From NCBI GenBank assembly GCA_947085835.1, contig CAMTXT010000006.1, forward strand, positions 129,477 through 153,476: a stretch of 24,000 nt of DNA, written 5' to 3'. The position numbers and the translations under genes were made by a program. This document shows, one piece after another, positions 1-11,294 of the stretch. The notes under the pieces were generated by a model, which was given only the letters and a program-made list of their open reading frames with translations, searched no databases and was not told the DNA's origin. Numbering within the stretch: the stretch's first letter is position 1; every line of letters begins with the position of its first letter. Origin of the DNA: an uncultured Nitrosomonadales bacterium. Lineage in GTDB: Bacteria > Pseudomonadota > Gammaproteobacteria > Burkholderiales > Gallionellaceae.

Positions 1-561
1 CAGTTGATCTATGTAATTGCCCGCCATCGTCAGCAGCAAGGACGCCTGGTCGGTGGTGTGGTCGGCACGCTGATGACCAATCTTTCATTCGAGCATGCGA
101 TGCAGCGTATGGGCATTCCGTTTCTGCGCGCGAAAGTGGGGGATCGTTACGTGATGGAGTTGCTGCAGCAGCAAGGCTGGCAACTGGGCGGCGAGAATTC
201 TGGACACATCATTTGTCTGGACAAACACAGCACCGGGGACGGCATCGTGTCAGCCCTTGAAGTGCTGCACGCGTTGCGCAGCAATAATCAAAGTCTTGCT
301 GCTGCGGCCGGAGATTTGAAACTCTATCCTCAAATACTCGTGAACGTGCGTGTCGCCAAGGGGGTTGATTGTCTGGGGCATGCCGAGGTTAAAGCCACTG
401 TCGCGGAAGTGGAGCAGGCGCTCAATGGAAAAGGGCGCGTGCTGTTGCGCCCGTCAGGCACCGAGCCGCTGTTGCGCGTGATGGTGGAGGGTGAAGACCG
501 CCAACTGGTCGAGCAATGTGCACAGCGCATCGCGGACGTGGTGCGCAGGCTGGCCGCGTAG
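1..561 (+). CDS. glmM: Phosphoglucosamine mutase, C-terminal ~186 codons (5' end lies outside the window)
   Basis: The frame is open from the window edge to TAG at 559-561. The translation contains GENSGHIICLDKHSTGDGIVSALEVL and LLRPSGTEPLLRVMVEG, which are typical of domains 3/4 of GlmM-type alpha-D-phosphohexomutases. Confidence 0.9.
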   Translation, partial: QLIYVIARHRQQQGRLVGGVVGTLMTNLSFEHAMQRMGIPFLRAKVGDRYVMELLQQQGWQLGGENSGHIICLDKHSTGDGIVSALEVLHALRSNNQSLAAAAGDLKLYPQILVNVRVAKGVDCLGHAEVKATVAEVEQALNGKGRVLLRPSGTEPLLRVMVEGEDRQLVEQCAQRIADVVRRLAA

Positions 562-605
562 TGTGCTGCATGTAACGCAGCCCGAGTAAAGGTGCCGATG
601 TAAAA

Positions 606-639
606 ACCGCCGCATGATTCTATGCGGCGGTTTGCTTTT
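606..639. terminator. Bidirectional rho-independent terminator between convergent glmM and clpA
   Basis: A perfect 10-bp stem pairs accgccgcat (606-615) with atgcggcggt (622-631) around a 6-nt loop. An A-run lies at 602-606 upstream and T-rich tttgctttt at 631-639 downstream. Confidence 0.75.
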
Positions 640-647
640 AGTTGCGG

Positions 648-2891
648 TTAAACGGCTACTGTTTCTTCTTCAAACTCCAGCACGACTTTGCCGTCCTTTA
701 CATCCACGGTGACGTTGCCGCCGTGCGCCAAGCGACCGAACAGCAGTTCGTCGGCCAGGGCCGAGCGGATGGTGTCCTGGATCAGACGCGCCATCGGGCG
801 TGCGCCCATCAGCGGGTCGAAACCGTTCTCGGCCAGATGATCCTTGAGCGCATCGGTGAACAGCGCATCCACTTTCTTGTCGTGCAGTTGTTCCTCCAGC
901 TGTATCAGGAACTTGTCTACCACGCGCAGGATAACATCCTTGTCCAGCGGATCGAATGAGACGATGGCATCCAGACGGTTGCGGAATTCCGGCGTGAACA
1001 TCCGCTTGATGTCGGCCATTTCATCACCTGTGGACGAGGTCTTGGTAAAGCCGATCTGAACTTTGTTCAAGGCTTCCGCGCCCGCGTTGGTCGTCATGAT
1101 GACGACCACGTTGCGAAAATCGGCTTTTCGCCCGTTATTGTCGGTGAGTGTGCCGTGATCCATCACTTGCAGCAGGATGTTAAAGATGTCCGGGTGCGCC
1201 TTTTCGATTTCGTCCAGCAGCAGCACGCAATGCGGCTGTTTGTTGATGGCTTCGGTCAGCAATCCACCCTGATCGAACCCGACGTAGCCGGGAGGTGCGC
1301 CGATCAGGCGGGATACGGCGTGTCTCTCCATGTATTCGGACATGTCGAAGCGATGCAACGGCATGCCCATCGCAAATGCCAGCTGGCGGGCTACTTCGGT
1401 CTTGCCCACACCGGTTGGGCCGGAGAACAGGAAGCTGCCGATGGGTTTTTGCGGGTTGCCCAGGCCGCTGCGCGACATCTTGATCGCACGCGCCAGTGCG
1501 TCGATCGCCTTGTTCTGGCCGAATACCGTGGCTTTCAGGTTCCGATCCAGATTCTTCAGCGCGTTGCGGTCATCGTGCGAGACGGTGCGGGTCGGAATGC
1601 GCGCGATCTTGGCGATAATCTCCTCGATCTCGTGCTTGCCCACTACCTTTTTCTGCTTGGATTTGGGTAATATGCGCTGCGCGGCACCTGCTTCATCCAG
1701 CACGTCGATCGCCTTGTCCGGCAAGTGACGGTCATTGATGAAGCGTGCGGATAATTCGGCGGCGCTGGTGATCGCGGCAGCACTGAACTTGATGCAGTGG
1801 TGTTGCTCGAAGCGCGACTTCAGGCCTTTGAGGATCTCGATGGTCTGCTCCACGGAGGGCTCAGGCACATCGACCTTCTGGAAACGGCGCGATAATGCGG
1901 AATCCTTCTCGAAGATGCTGCGATATTCCTGATAGGTGGTCGCCCCGATGCACTTCAGCGCGCCGCTGGACAATGCCGGCTTGAGCAGGTTGGAGGCATC
2001 CATGGTGCCGCCCGATGCCGAGCCTGCGCCGATCAGCGTGTGGATCTCGTCGATGAACAGGACCGCATGCGGGGCTTCTTTCAATTCCTTCAGTACCGCT
2101 TTGAGGCGCTGTTCGAAGTCGCCTCGGTATTTCGTGCCGGCCAGCAATGCGCCCATGTCCAGCGAATAGACATGCGCGTCTTTGAGGATGTCGGGCACGT
2201 TGTCTTCGACGATGCGGCGCGCCAGGCCTTCTGCGATTGCGGTCTTGCCAACGCCGGCTTCGCCTACCAGCAGCGGATTGTTCTTGCGGCGCCGGCACAG
2301 GGTTTGAATGACGCGCTCAAGTTCCGGCTCGCGCCCGATCAGCGGGTCAATCTGTCCCGCCAGTGCCTGTGCGTTCAGATCCACCGTGTACTGTTTCAGT
2401 ACCGTATCGTTTGCCGTTTGCTCGGCCGCAGCGTCTCCCTGCGGAATGCTGGTTTGCGGCTCTCTGTTGGTGCCGTGCACGATGTAGTTCACCACGTCGA
2501 GACGATTGACGTTGCGCTGAGTCAGGAAATGCACCGCATGGGAATCTTTTTCGCCGAACAGCGCGGCGAGAATATTCGCGCCGGATATTTCCTTTTTGTT
2601 GGCGGATTGTGCGTGCAGGATCGCGCGCTGTATCACGCGTTGGAATCCGAGCGTGGGTTGCGTGTCCATTTCGCCATTGCCCGGAACGACAGGCGTGTTG
2701 GAATCAATAAATTCGGTGATTGTCTGGCGCAGCTCTTCTATATCTGCGTGGCAGGCACGCAACACTTGTGCTGCGGAGGCATTGTCAAGCATGGCGAGCA
2801 GCAAGTGCTCCACGGTGATGAACTCGTGACGTTTCTGGCGTGCTTCGACAAAGGCCAGGTGCAAACTAACTTCCAGGTCTTGAGCAATCAT
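648..2891 (-). CDS. clpA: ATP-dependent Clp protease ATP-binding subunit ClpA
   Basis: The ORF is 747 aa. It has a Clp N-domain ([13 protein letters not shown]) and two AAA+ modules with Walker A motifs GEAGVGKT and GPTGVGKT. It starts 1 nt after the clpS stop. Confidence 0.95.
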   Translation of the reverse strand: MIAQDLEVSLHLAFVEARQKRHEFITVEHLLLAMLDNASAAQVLRACHADIEELRQTITEFIDSNTPVVPGNGEMDTQPTLGFQRVIQRAILHAQSANKKEISGANILAALFGEKDSHAVHFLTQRNVNRLDVVNYIVHGTNREPQTSIPQGDAAAEQTANDTVLKQYTVDLNAQALAGQIDPLIGREPELERVIQTLCRRRKNNPLLVGEAGVGKTAIAEGLARRIVEDNVPDILKDAHVYSLDMGALLAGTKYRGDFEQRLKAVLKELKEAPHAVLFIDEIHTLIGAGSASGGTMDASNLLKPALSSGALKCIGATTYQEYRSIFEKDSALSRRFQKVDVPEPSVEQTIEILKGLKSRFEQHHCIKFSAAAITSAAELSARFINDRHLPDKAIDVLDEAGAAQRILPKSKQKKVVGKHEIEEIIAKIARIPTRTVSHDDRNALKNLDRNLKATVFGQNKAIDALARAIKMSRSGLGNPQKPIGSFLFSGPTGVGKTEVARQLAFAMGMPLHRFDMSEYMERHAVSRLIGAPPGYVGFDQGGLLTEAINKQPHCVLLLDEIEKAHPDIFNILLQVMDHGTLTDNNGRKADFRNVVVIMTTNAGAEALNKVQIGFTKTSSTGDEMADIKRMFTPEFRNRLDAIVSFDPLDKDVILRVVDKFLIQLEEQLHDKKVDALFTDALKDHLAENGFDPLMGARPMARLIQDTIRSALADELLFGRLAHGGNVTVDVKDGKVVLEFEEETVAV

Positions 2892-2892
2892 T

Positions 2893-3201
2893 TCAAACTT
2901 CCTCCATGCTGCATCGTAGTGGATGCTCGTGTTGTTGCGCGAATTCTGTCACCTGGGCGACACGGGTTTCGGCCACGTCGCGCGCGTAAATCCCGCAAAC
3001 TGCCGATCCCTGGTTGTGTATTTGGAGCATGAGTTGCTGCGCACGTTCGCTATTGATAGCAAAAAAACGCTGCAAGACCTCAATGACAAATTCCATCGTG
3101 GTGTAATCGTCGTTAAACAAAATCACCTTGTACATGCCGGGTGGTTTTATTTTGGCGCGTTCCGGGGCGAGTAGCGTGCTGCTGTCGTGTTCTTTTGACA
3201 T
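2893..3201 (-). CDS. clpS: Clp protease adaptor ClpS
   Basis: The ORF is 102 aa and has the ClpS core [25 protein letters not shown]. It lies directly upstream of clpA on the same strand. Confidence 0.95.
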   Translation of the reverse strand: MSKEHDSSTLLAPERAKIKPPGMYKVILFNDDYTTMEFVIEVLQRFFAINSERAQQLMLQIHNQGSAVCGIYARDVAETRVAQVTEFAQQHEHPLRCSMEEV

Positions 3202-3288
3202 TGGGGTATTCTGACACTTAATGGGGTTGACAAGATCAACGATTAGCGATGCTTTTTCAAGCCTGTTCTGATAATTGGAATTATCTGT

Positions 3289-3318
3289 TTGACAAATGCG
3301 GTCCAGTCAGAGTTAAAT
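3289..3318 (+). promoter_or_regulatory. Candidate sigma70 promoter for the cold-shock gene, implying a leader of roughly 100 nt
   Basis: TTGACA at 3289-3294 is followed by an 18-nt spacer and TTAAAT at 3313-3318. The ATG is at 3429. This is a sequence match only. Confidence 0.4.
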
Positions 3319-3428
3319 ACATTCCGGCGTTTGATTCAAAGTATCTGCAGTACTGGTTTAGCCGTGTGCGGTCTTAGATTCAAACAGTTCGCGGGGGGTC
3401 CCGTTTTTTATTGTAAGGAAGTTATCAC

Positions 3429-3632
3429 ATGGCAACTGGTACAGTTAAATGGTTTAACGATGCAAAGGGTTTCGGTTTCATTACGCCTGATGATGGCAGC
3501 GAAGACCTGTTTGCGCACTTCTCCGCGATCAATATGAGCGGGTTCAAGTCACTCAAAGAAGGCCAAAAGGTCACCTTTGAAATCGTGAAAGGCCCCAAGG
3601 GCAATCAAGCATCCAACATTCAGGCTCCTTAA
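3429..3632 (+). CDS. Cold-shock domain protein (CspA family)
   Basis: The ORF is 67 aa and carries the RNP1/RNP2 motifs KGFGFI and DLFAHF ([34 protein letters not shown]). It is divergent from clpS-clpA, the same position cspD occupies in E. coli. Confidence 0.95.
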   Translation: MATGTVKWFNDAKGFGFITPDDGSEDLFAHFSAINMSGFKSLKEGQKVTFEIVKGPKGNQASNIQAP

Positions 3633-3652
3633 TCGGCACCTGTCTGTTTAAA

Positions 3653-3684
3653 GGCCCGGTACGCAAGTACCGGGCCTTTTTTTT
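3653..3684 (+). terminator. Rho-independent terminator after the csp gene
   Basis: A 10-bp stem pairs ggcccggtac (3653-3662) with gtaccgggcc (3667-3676) around a gcaa loop. A T8 run follows at 3677-3684. Confidence 0.85.
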
Positions 3685-3747
3685 ACGTGTGCTCTACCCG
3701 GTAAAGTCTGCCATGCCGGAGCGGATAGCTCGCAGGCCAGGCACACT

Positions 3748-5994
<2,247 letters not shown>

Positions 5995-6105
5995 TCAACC
6001 ATCAACCTTGTTCCGTGGCTCTGTGAGAGATAAGCGCGCATCGTTTAACTCTCAGTAAGCCGGCAGACGCGGTAAAATGGCCGCTTAAAATAATCTGGAA
6101 TTTAA

Positions 6106-6642
6106 ATGGGGCGCATTCTGCTGTTCAACAAACCTTTTGGCGTAATCTGCCAATTCAGTCGCGATGGCCTGCATCCGACGCTGGCCGATTATATCCCGCT
6201 TCCCGAATTTTATCCCGCCGGACGGCTGGATACCGACAGCGAAGGCCTGCTGGTGCTGACAGACGACGGGCAGTTGCAACATCGCATCACTGACCCGAAG
6301 CACAAGCTGCCCAAGACTTACTGGGTGCAGGTGGAAGGCGTGCCGGATCAGGTGGCCCTCGATAAGTTGCGCAGCGGCGTCAAACTACCTGATTTTACCA
6401 CCCGGCCTGCCGGGGCGAGTCTGATGGATGAACCAGCGTGTCTCTGGCCTCGCTGCCCGCCGGTTCGTGAGCGAAAAGCCATACCGACCAGCTGGCTGGA
6501 GTTGACGATCAAAGAAGGCAAGAACCGCCAGGTCAGGCGCATGACCGCAGCTGTCGGCTTCCCCACACTGCGTCTGATCCGCTACCGTATCGGCGAATGG
6601 ACGCTGGACGACCTGCCGCTGGGAACGTGGCGGCTGGAATAA
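6106..6642 (+). CDS. rluE: rRNA pseudouridine synthase, RluE-like (RsuA/RluB/E/F family)
   Basis: The ORF is 178 aa. It has the catalytic-Asp motif [17 protein letters not shown] and the KTYWVQVEG motif. It lacks an S4 domain, as RluE does. Confidence 0.8.
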   Translation: MGRILLFNKPFGVICQFSRDGLHPTLADYIPLPEFYPAGRLDTDSEGLLVLTDDGQLQHRITDPKHKLPKTYWVQVEGVPDQVALDKLRSGVKLPDFTTRPAGASLMDEPACLWPRCPPVRERKAIPTSWLELTIKEGKNRQVRRMTAAVGFPTLRLIRYRIGEWTLDDLPLGTWRLE

Positions 6643-6729
6643 GCCGTTTTCAATTCGCAGTTGGTCGTGGCGTTGCCGCTGATAGGGGTAGCTGATATGC
6701 TCCACGCCTCATTCAAAAGGAGTCTCCGT

Positions 6730-7392
6730 ATGATGAAATCGCTGTTGGCAATCTGCATGATCGTATCTTCCGCACTGGTTTTTGCCGGTGAAAATGCGGC
6801 ACCGCATGCACTATCGGTCGTCAAGGGTGAGGTTCTCGAGGTTCGCGATGTCGAGAGTTATACCTACCTGCGTCTGAAAACAAAAGACGGCGAAACCTGG
6901 GCAGCAGTCGGTCGTGTGCCTGTTTCGAAGGGGAGTGAGGTCACGATTGAAAACGCGATGGTGATGAATAACTTTGAGAGCAAATCGCTGAAGAAGACTT
7001 TCAAGACCATCATTTTCGGCACGCTGGGCGGGGCTGGTGTAGCTGCGGCTGCCAGACCTGTCGGTGACGTTAATGTTGCCAGGGCGGTCGGTGCGAATGC
7101 GCACACGGTCGCAGAAATCGTGACCCGTGCTGTCGAACTGAAGGATAAGCCCGTTCTGGTGCGCGGCAAGATCGTGAAGTACAACGCGGGGATCATGGGG
7201 CGCAACTGGATCCATCTGCGCGATGGCTCGGGGACGGATGCGGCTAATAGCAATGATATTCTCGTGACGACGCAGAGTCAGGCGAGGGCAGGCGATGTCG
7301 TGACGGTGAAGGGTACGGTTCGCAATGACAAGGATTTCGGCGCCGGCTATTCCTACAAGGTGCTCATCGAAGAAGCGACGCTACAGAAGTGA
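6730..7392 (+). CDS. Secreted protein with two OB-fold-like modules, function unknown
   Basis: I chose the ATG at 6730, preceded by aaaggag at 6715-6721, rather than the tracked TTG at 6661. The product has a signal peptide MMKSLLAICMIVSSALVFA|GE. The C-terminal half (KPVLVRGKIVKYNAGIMGRNWIHLRDGSG...VTVKGTV) resembles bacterial OB-fold (BOF / tRNA_anti-like) domains. The family assignment is from memory only. Confidence 0.6.
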   Translation: MMKSLLAICMIVSSALVFAGENAAPHALSVVKGEVLEVRDVESYTYLRLKTKDGETWAAVGRVPVSKGSEVTIENAMVMNNFESKSLKKTFKTIIFGTLGGAGVAAAARPVGDVNVARAVGANAHTVAEIVTRAVELKDKPVLVRGKIVKYNAGIMGRNWIHLRDGSGTDAANSNDILVTTQSQARAGDVVTVKGTVRNDKDFGAGYSYKVLIEEATLQK

Positions 7393-7676
7393 TCGCATGC
7401 AGCGAGACCGGCTCGCCCGTCCGCTTTGCCGTGAATTTGAAAGCAGTTGGCCACAGCCGGTTCGTGGCTCTTCCTTGATATATGTCCGCAGTGTCTGATT
7501 TTGGGTGGGCAGTTTCAAGTGTGGCGGCCATTCATCTGCCTTGTATTATGCTCGGGCCGTCATGTTTTATGAGCGTGTTGTGATTAGAAACTTGCTATAG
7601 TGATTTTTTAAAATGACGCCAGACTTGTTTGGAGCTACTTACAGCGTGGGAATTTTTAAATCAGAAAGGGGAACTG

Positions 7677-8045
7677 ATGTCTGATCTCAATGACCCGAGA
7701 GTATTTTTCGCCGCAGAACGAACCTTGCTGGCATGGAACCGAACGAGTTTAACGCTGATGGCTTTCGGATTCGTCATAGAACGATTCGGGCTGTTCATGC
7801 ACTTACTGTTACCCGGGCAGGGGGTTCATGCCGAGCGAGGTATTTCGTTCTGGGTCGGCATTGCCTTTGTAATCTTGGGCGCTTACTCTGCGGCAACTGC
7901 AACGGTGCAATACCGAAAAGTGCTCAAGACACTAAAGCCGGTCGAAATTCCTGATGGTTACAGCGTCAACGGCGGCGTGATCACCAATTTAATTGTCGCA
8001 TTCCTGGGGATCGCATTGACTGTTTATCTCTTCATTGCGCAATAA
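7677..8045 (+). CDS. DUF202 (YidH-like) inner-membrane protein
   Basis: The ATG at 7677 is preceded by aaagggga. The N-terminus DPRVFFAAERTLLAWNRTSLTLMAFGFVIERF matches the DUF202 signature (ER-T-LAW-RT). Three hydrophobic helices are present. Confidence 0.8.
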   Translation: MSDLNDPRVFFAAERTLLAWNRTSLTLMAFGFVIERFGLFMHLLLPGQGVHAERGISFWVGIAFVILGAYSAATATVQYRKVLKTLKPVEIPDGYSVNGGVITNLIVAFLGIALTVYLFIAQ

Positions 8046-8122
8046 TGCAAAGTTAGCCAACTTAGATAATTGTGGCGACAGAACAAGCGTGACTTCCAGC
8101 AGACGAATTCAGTTTAATCTGC

Positions 8123-8419
8123 CTAAATTATCTCAAACGACAACAAAATTGCACAAACACCTAATTCCAAAAGCCCCAGCATGAAAAACTGGTCGGCATA
8201 TTTTTCCAAACTATCCGATTTGACCCCACGCATCGATGCATAAGAAAGGGCCGTACTGATCGTAAATAACAGCGCATCGATGGCCAGTAATTTATCCAGC
8301 AGCGATCCGGCCTGACCAAGATGCAGTGCCTTTAGCAGGGAAATAACGGTCAGGCACACACCGACCAGTTGAGCCGAGGTTGGCAGTATGTGTCGGGATA
8401 AATCGTTACGTTCGGACAT
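8123..8419 (-). CDS. Small hypothetical membrane protein (98 aa)
   Basis: I chose the ATG at 8419, which has AAGGA 9 nt upstream; the tracked TTG is at 8425. Hydrophobic segments include LVGVCLTVISLL, LLAIDALLFTISTAL and MLGLLELGVCAILL. I recognise no family. It lies in a lower-GC region. Confidence 0.55.
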   Translation of the reverse strand: MSERNDLSRHILPTSAQLVGVCLTVISLLKALHLGQAGSLLDKLLAIDALLFTISTALSYASMRGVKSDSLEKYADQFFMLGLLELGVCAILLSFEII

Positions 8420-8631
8420 TTTCAATAATCCTTGGGGAAAGTTACCCCTAAACCCAAAAGCAAGCTCAGAGAGACAAACGTCTTAACAACTTGCGCAGGG
8501 TAAGGCACGTTCATTGTGGACAGACGAAGATTGCGCTGTCGGCGAGATGAGGCAAACGAATTTTAAAAGAGTTCCATCTGTATTTTGCTTTCGGGGCGTT
8601 GGAATGTGGCGCCGAAGTTGCTTTTTCATAT

Positions 8632-10392
8632 TCACTGCTTTGGTCTATCAGTACTGCTACTTGCTGAGACCGCCAAATTCACCCGGCTTTTCTCCTTGAA
8701 TCGGCTCAAAATCCCGGCGCAATCTCCACCTGGATAACTATACGATTCAAAATATTTTCTCCAGTCGGAAGTCAGTTCAGCCACCTTCAGGCTCGAAATC
8801 TTTGCTGCACTCTCGGGTGATAATTTCACCCCGCCAAGCCAGAAATTTTCATTTGAACCTTCCAGAATGAAATAGGCCCCCGGATTTTTGATGTTTAAAT
8901 TGTCGGAATCTTTGTAGATAAAACATCCGATGGTCTTTATTTCATTATGGGCCAACATTTCTAAGCCCGGATATTGACCCTTTTCAGATGGGTCGTTATC
9001 GGAAGGAGCTGTCCATGCTTGAATCTCCGGTGAGAAAGAAACTTTAATATCATGCTTGCCATTAAAATCTGCCAGGATCTCGGTGCGATTTTCTTTAGCG
9101 ATCAGCGCTTTTCTAAACTCGGATAAAGCGGGGCCGATTAAATTTCTCCAATCACGATAGCCTTTCCCGAACCCATCCTGAACATCCCCAATAACGAATT
9201 TCGGACTTGAAGCGCCATATATTTTCTCCAAAAAGACTTGCGCGCTCGGCGCTTGGGCAAAACAATTCTTCACCATAACCGGGTTGCTATACCAACCTGC
9301 TCCGCCTTTAGATTCGTCAATGAATGATTTCATGACAATGGCAATATCAATATTGCTCAGACCAAGCTTCTTCAGCTTGTCCATGCCAATACTGCAAGCG
9401 TTGGTAAAATCACGTCCTTCCGCGACGGCCATAGATTGCAGCAGGCTTGGAGAAGAATCATTGAGAATTTGCAGGAAATTATGATGGCTGTCCATCATCT
9501 GGTAATTCAGAACATTTGAAGTGGAAATGCTGTCAGGATTTGGCAGGTCACCTGCTCCTGTTAGCGCAGGATCAAACAAGGAATTGGTGTAATTAAAGGA
9601 AATCCTGACAGTAAATAAAACAATTTTTTCAGTCTTGTTTTCTGTCTGTAATTGTTGAATTCGCTTTTCTGCCGTGCTGCCTAAACTACTCTCGGTTCTG
9701 TAAACGGGGATTTCAATGGTTCGAATCCCATTTCGCAGCTTAGGCCAAGTTAATGTGATCTGAGTTTTTCCATTTACCATTCCCTGCATAAGCGTGTTGG
9801 TTCTGGTTTGCGCTTCGGACAAAACGGGATTGCCAACCGTTGCTGTAATTCCGCCAATTGCACTGGCCGTTCCTCCTGACACGACCATCGCGGCAGCGCC
9901 CAGCAATAGCTTTGCGGTTCCGATGAAATCCTGATTGGAATCGCTCGAACTTTTTACATTCAAAGCTAAGGATAATTCGCCGGGATTAAATGTGGAAAAT
10001 GATCCCAGCAGTGCGAGTGGCACAACGTTAATTGGCAGGGTGCTAAGGGATGCACATTCGGAACCGTTATCTCGGCCATCGAATGCAGCGATAGCTATTT
10101 CGCTGTTGTCGAGCTTATTTGTAAAACCATTTGTCGTCATCGACAGCACTAATTGGGTTTTTTCACCGCCCCAAAAGTTATGATTGGATAAAGGCACACA
10201 ACTGCTTGTGGGTATCACCTCAGATGTGATCGTTACATAACCATCATGACCGTGACCATCATGCAACCATTTGGGCGCGTCACCTGAAATGTAGGTGGGT
10301 TTGGTTCCGGGGAAGAAAAAAGTCGATGCAAAGCCATGGTGAGCAAAGCTCATCACCAGCAATAATATCGATATGCTTTTTATTTTAAACAT
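8632..10392 (-). CDS. 586-aa secreted orphan protein with an internal glycine-zipper-like hydrophobic segment
   Basis: This is a long uninterrupted ORF in AT-rich DNA. It has a signal peptide MFKIKSISILLLVMSFAHHGFA|ST and a hydrophobic Gly/Ala segment IGTAKLLLGAAAMVVSGGTASAIGGITATVG at aa 157-187. I recognise no catalytic or family motif. Confidence 0.85.
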   Translation of the reverse strand: MFKIKSISILLLVMSFAHHGFASTFFFPGTKPTYISGDAPKWLHDGHGHDGYVTITSEVIPTSSCVPLSNHNFWGGEKTQLVLSMTTNGFTNKLDNSEIAIAAFDGRDNGSECASLSTLPINVVPLALLGSFSTFNPGELSLALNVKSSSDSNQDFIGTAKLLLGAAAMVVSGGTASAIGGITATVGNPVLSEAQTRTNTLMQGMVNGKTQITLTWPKLRNGIRTIEIPVYRTESSLGSTAEKRIQQLQTENKTEKIVLFTVRISFNYTNSLFDPALTGAGDLPNPDSISTSNVLNYQMMDSHHNFLQILNDSSPSLLQSMAVAEGRDFTNACSIGMDKLKKLGLSNIDIAIVMKSFIDESKGGAGWYSNPVMVKNCFAQAPSAQVFLEKIYGASSPKFVIGDVQDGFGKGYRDWRNLIGPALSEFRKALIAKENRTEILADFNGKHDIKVSFSPEIQAWTAPSDNDPSEKGQYPGLEMLAHNEIKTIGCFIYKDSDNLNIKNPGAYFILEGSNENFWLGGVKLSPESAAKISSLKVAELTSDWRKYFESYSYPGGDCAGILSRFKEKSRVNLAVSASSSTDRPKQ

Positions 10393-10419
10393 TCACACTC
10401 TTTTTTTCAGGGGCTTCAG

Positions 10420-11151
10420 CTATGCTGCCAGTAATCTTTTGATCACTGAACCTGCCAGCATGTAACCGAAAAGCGGCGGCATGTGGCTGATGGTGCCGTT
10501 GACCGCGCGCGAACGGCCTCGAAAGGTGGGCTGCGGCGGCAGTGGCGCGCTCGGTTGCTCATCGGAATAGACGGTGAGGATGCCTTTGCGGATGTTGTGG
10601 TGCTTGAGCAGAAGTTTGCGCATCTCGCGGGCCAGCGGGCACATCTGGGTTTTGCTGATATCCGCCAGTTTGATGTAAGCGGGATCCAGCCGGTTGCCGG
10701 CGCCCATGCTGGAGGCGACATTCAATCCGCGACTGTAACTCTCCGCCACCAGCGCGACCTTGCAGGACAAGGAATCGATGCAGTCGATCACATAGTCGCA
10801 GTCTGTCGGCACCAGTTCTTTGACATTGTCGATGTCCAGAAACACTTTCAGCAGCGTCACCTGACAATCCGGATTGATGTCCGCGATGCGCGCACGCATC
10901 AGCTCCGCCTTGGACTGACCGACCGTCGAGAGCAGTGCAGGCAATTGGCGATTGATGTTGCTGACTACTACCACGTCGTGATCGAGCAGGGTCAGGCGGC
11001 CGACCCCGGCGCGGGCCAGCGCTTCGGTGCAGTAAGAGCCCACGCCGCCCATGCCGGCGATAAACACGTGGCAACTGGCGAGCCGGGAGATGCCCTCGTC
11101 GCCGATCAGGATCTGGGTGCGTTCGAACTGGGCTGGAATGGGGTTTTTCAT
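10420..11151 (-). CDS. tcdA: tRNA threonylcarbamoyladenosine dehydratase (ThiF/HesA-family, TcdA/CsdL-like)
   Basis: The ORF is 243 aa. It has an E1-like Rossmann motif HVFIAGMGGVGSYCTEALARAGVGRLTLLDHDVVVVSNINRQ and the C-terminal hydrophobic tail typical of TcdA. Confidence 0.85.
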   Translation of the reverse strand: MKNPIPAQFERTQILIGDEGISRLASCHVFIAGMGGVGSYCTEALARAGVGRLTLLDHDVVVVSNINRQLPALLSTVGQSKAELMRARIADINPDCQVTLLKVFLDIDNVKELVPTDCDYVIDCIDSLSCKVALVAESYSRGLNVASSMGAGNRLDPAYIKLADISKTQMCPLAREMRKLLLKHHNIRKGILTVYSDEQPSAPLPPQPTFRGRSRAVNGTISHMPPLFGYMLAGSVIKRLLAA

Positions 11152-11294
11152 GCGAGTTCTGTAGGATTATGATTTGTCGCTGATTTTAACATGAGGTGCC
11201 GCAAATCAGACTGCCGGCAGGTTTGGTGCTGCACAAATTTCTCAAGCGGCCTGTGACGGTATAATGCAGCCTGACCTTATCTTCCGGAGTTGCC

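Noticed and set aside
2040-3032. 330-aa plus-strand ORF, together with the other plus-strand ORFs between 642 and 2829, overlapping clpA/clpS
   Set aside because: They are antisense to the unmistakable ClpA and ClpS reading frames. The translations are low-complexity and Arg/Ala/Gly-rich with no motifs, which is the usual stop-poor antisense-frame artefact of GC-rich coding DNA.
8590-8626. Imperfect hairpin ttcggggcg...gcgccgaa followed by ttttt downstream of the 586-aa gene
   Set aside because: The T-run is on the plus strand, but the adjacent genes are transcribed on the minus strand. The stem also needs bulges. It is not convincing as a terminator for either island gene.
9716-9731. tRNA T-arm-like motif atGGTTCGAATCCcat
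   Set aside because: No matching acceptor stem is present (tgcgaaa is absent about 60 nt upstream). There is no anticodon or D-arm geometry either, and the motif lies inside the long 586-aa ORF. It is a chance match.
10483-11172. 229-aa plus-strand ORF and 171-aa minus-strand alternative frame within tcdA
   Set aside because: They overlap the ThiF-family frame, which has a clear Rossmann motif. The alternatives have none.
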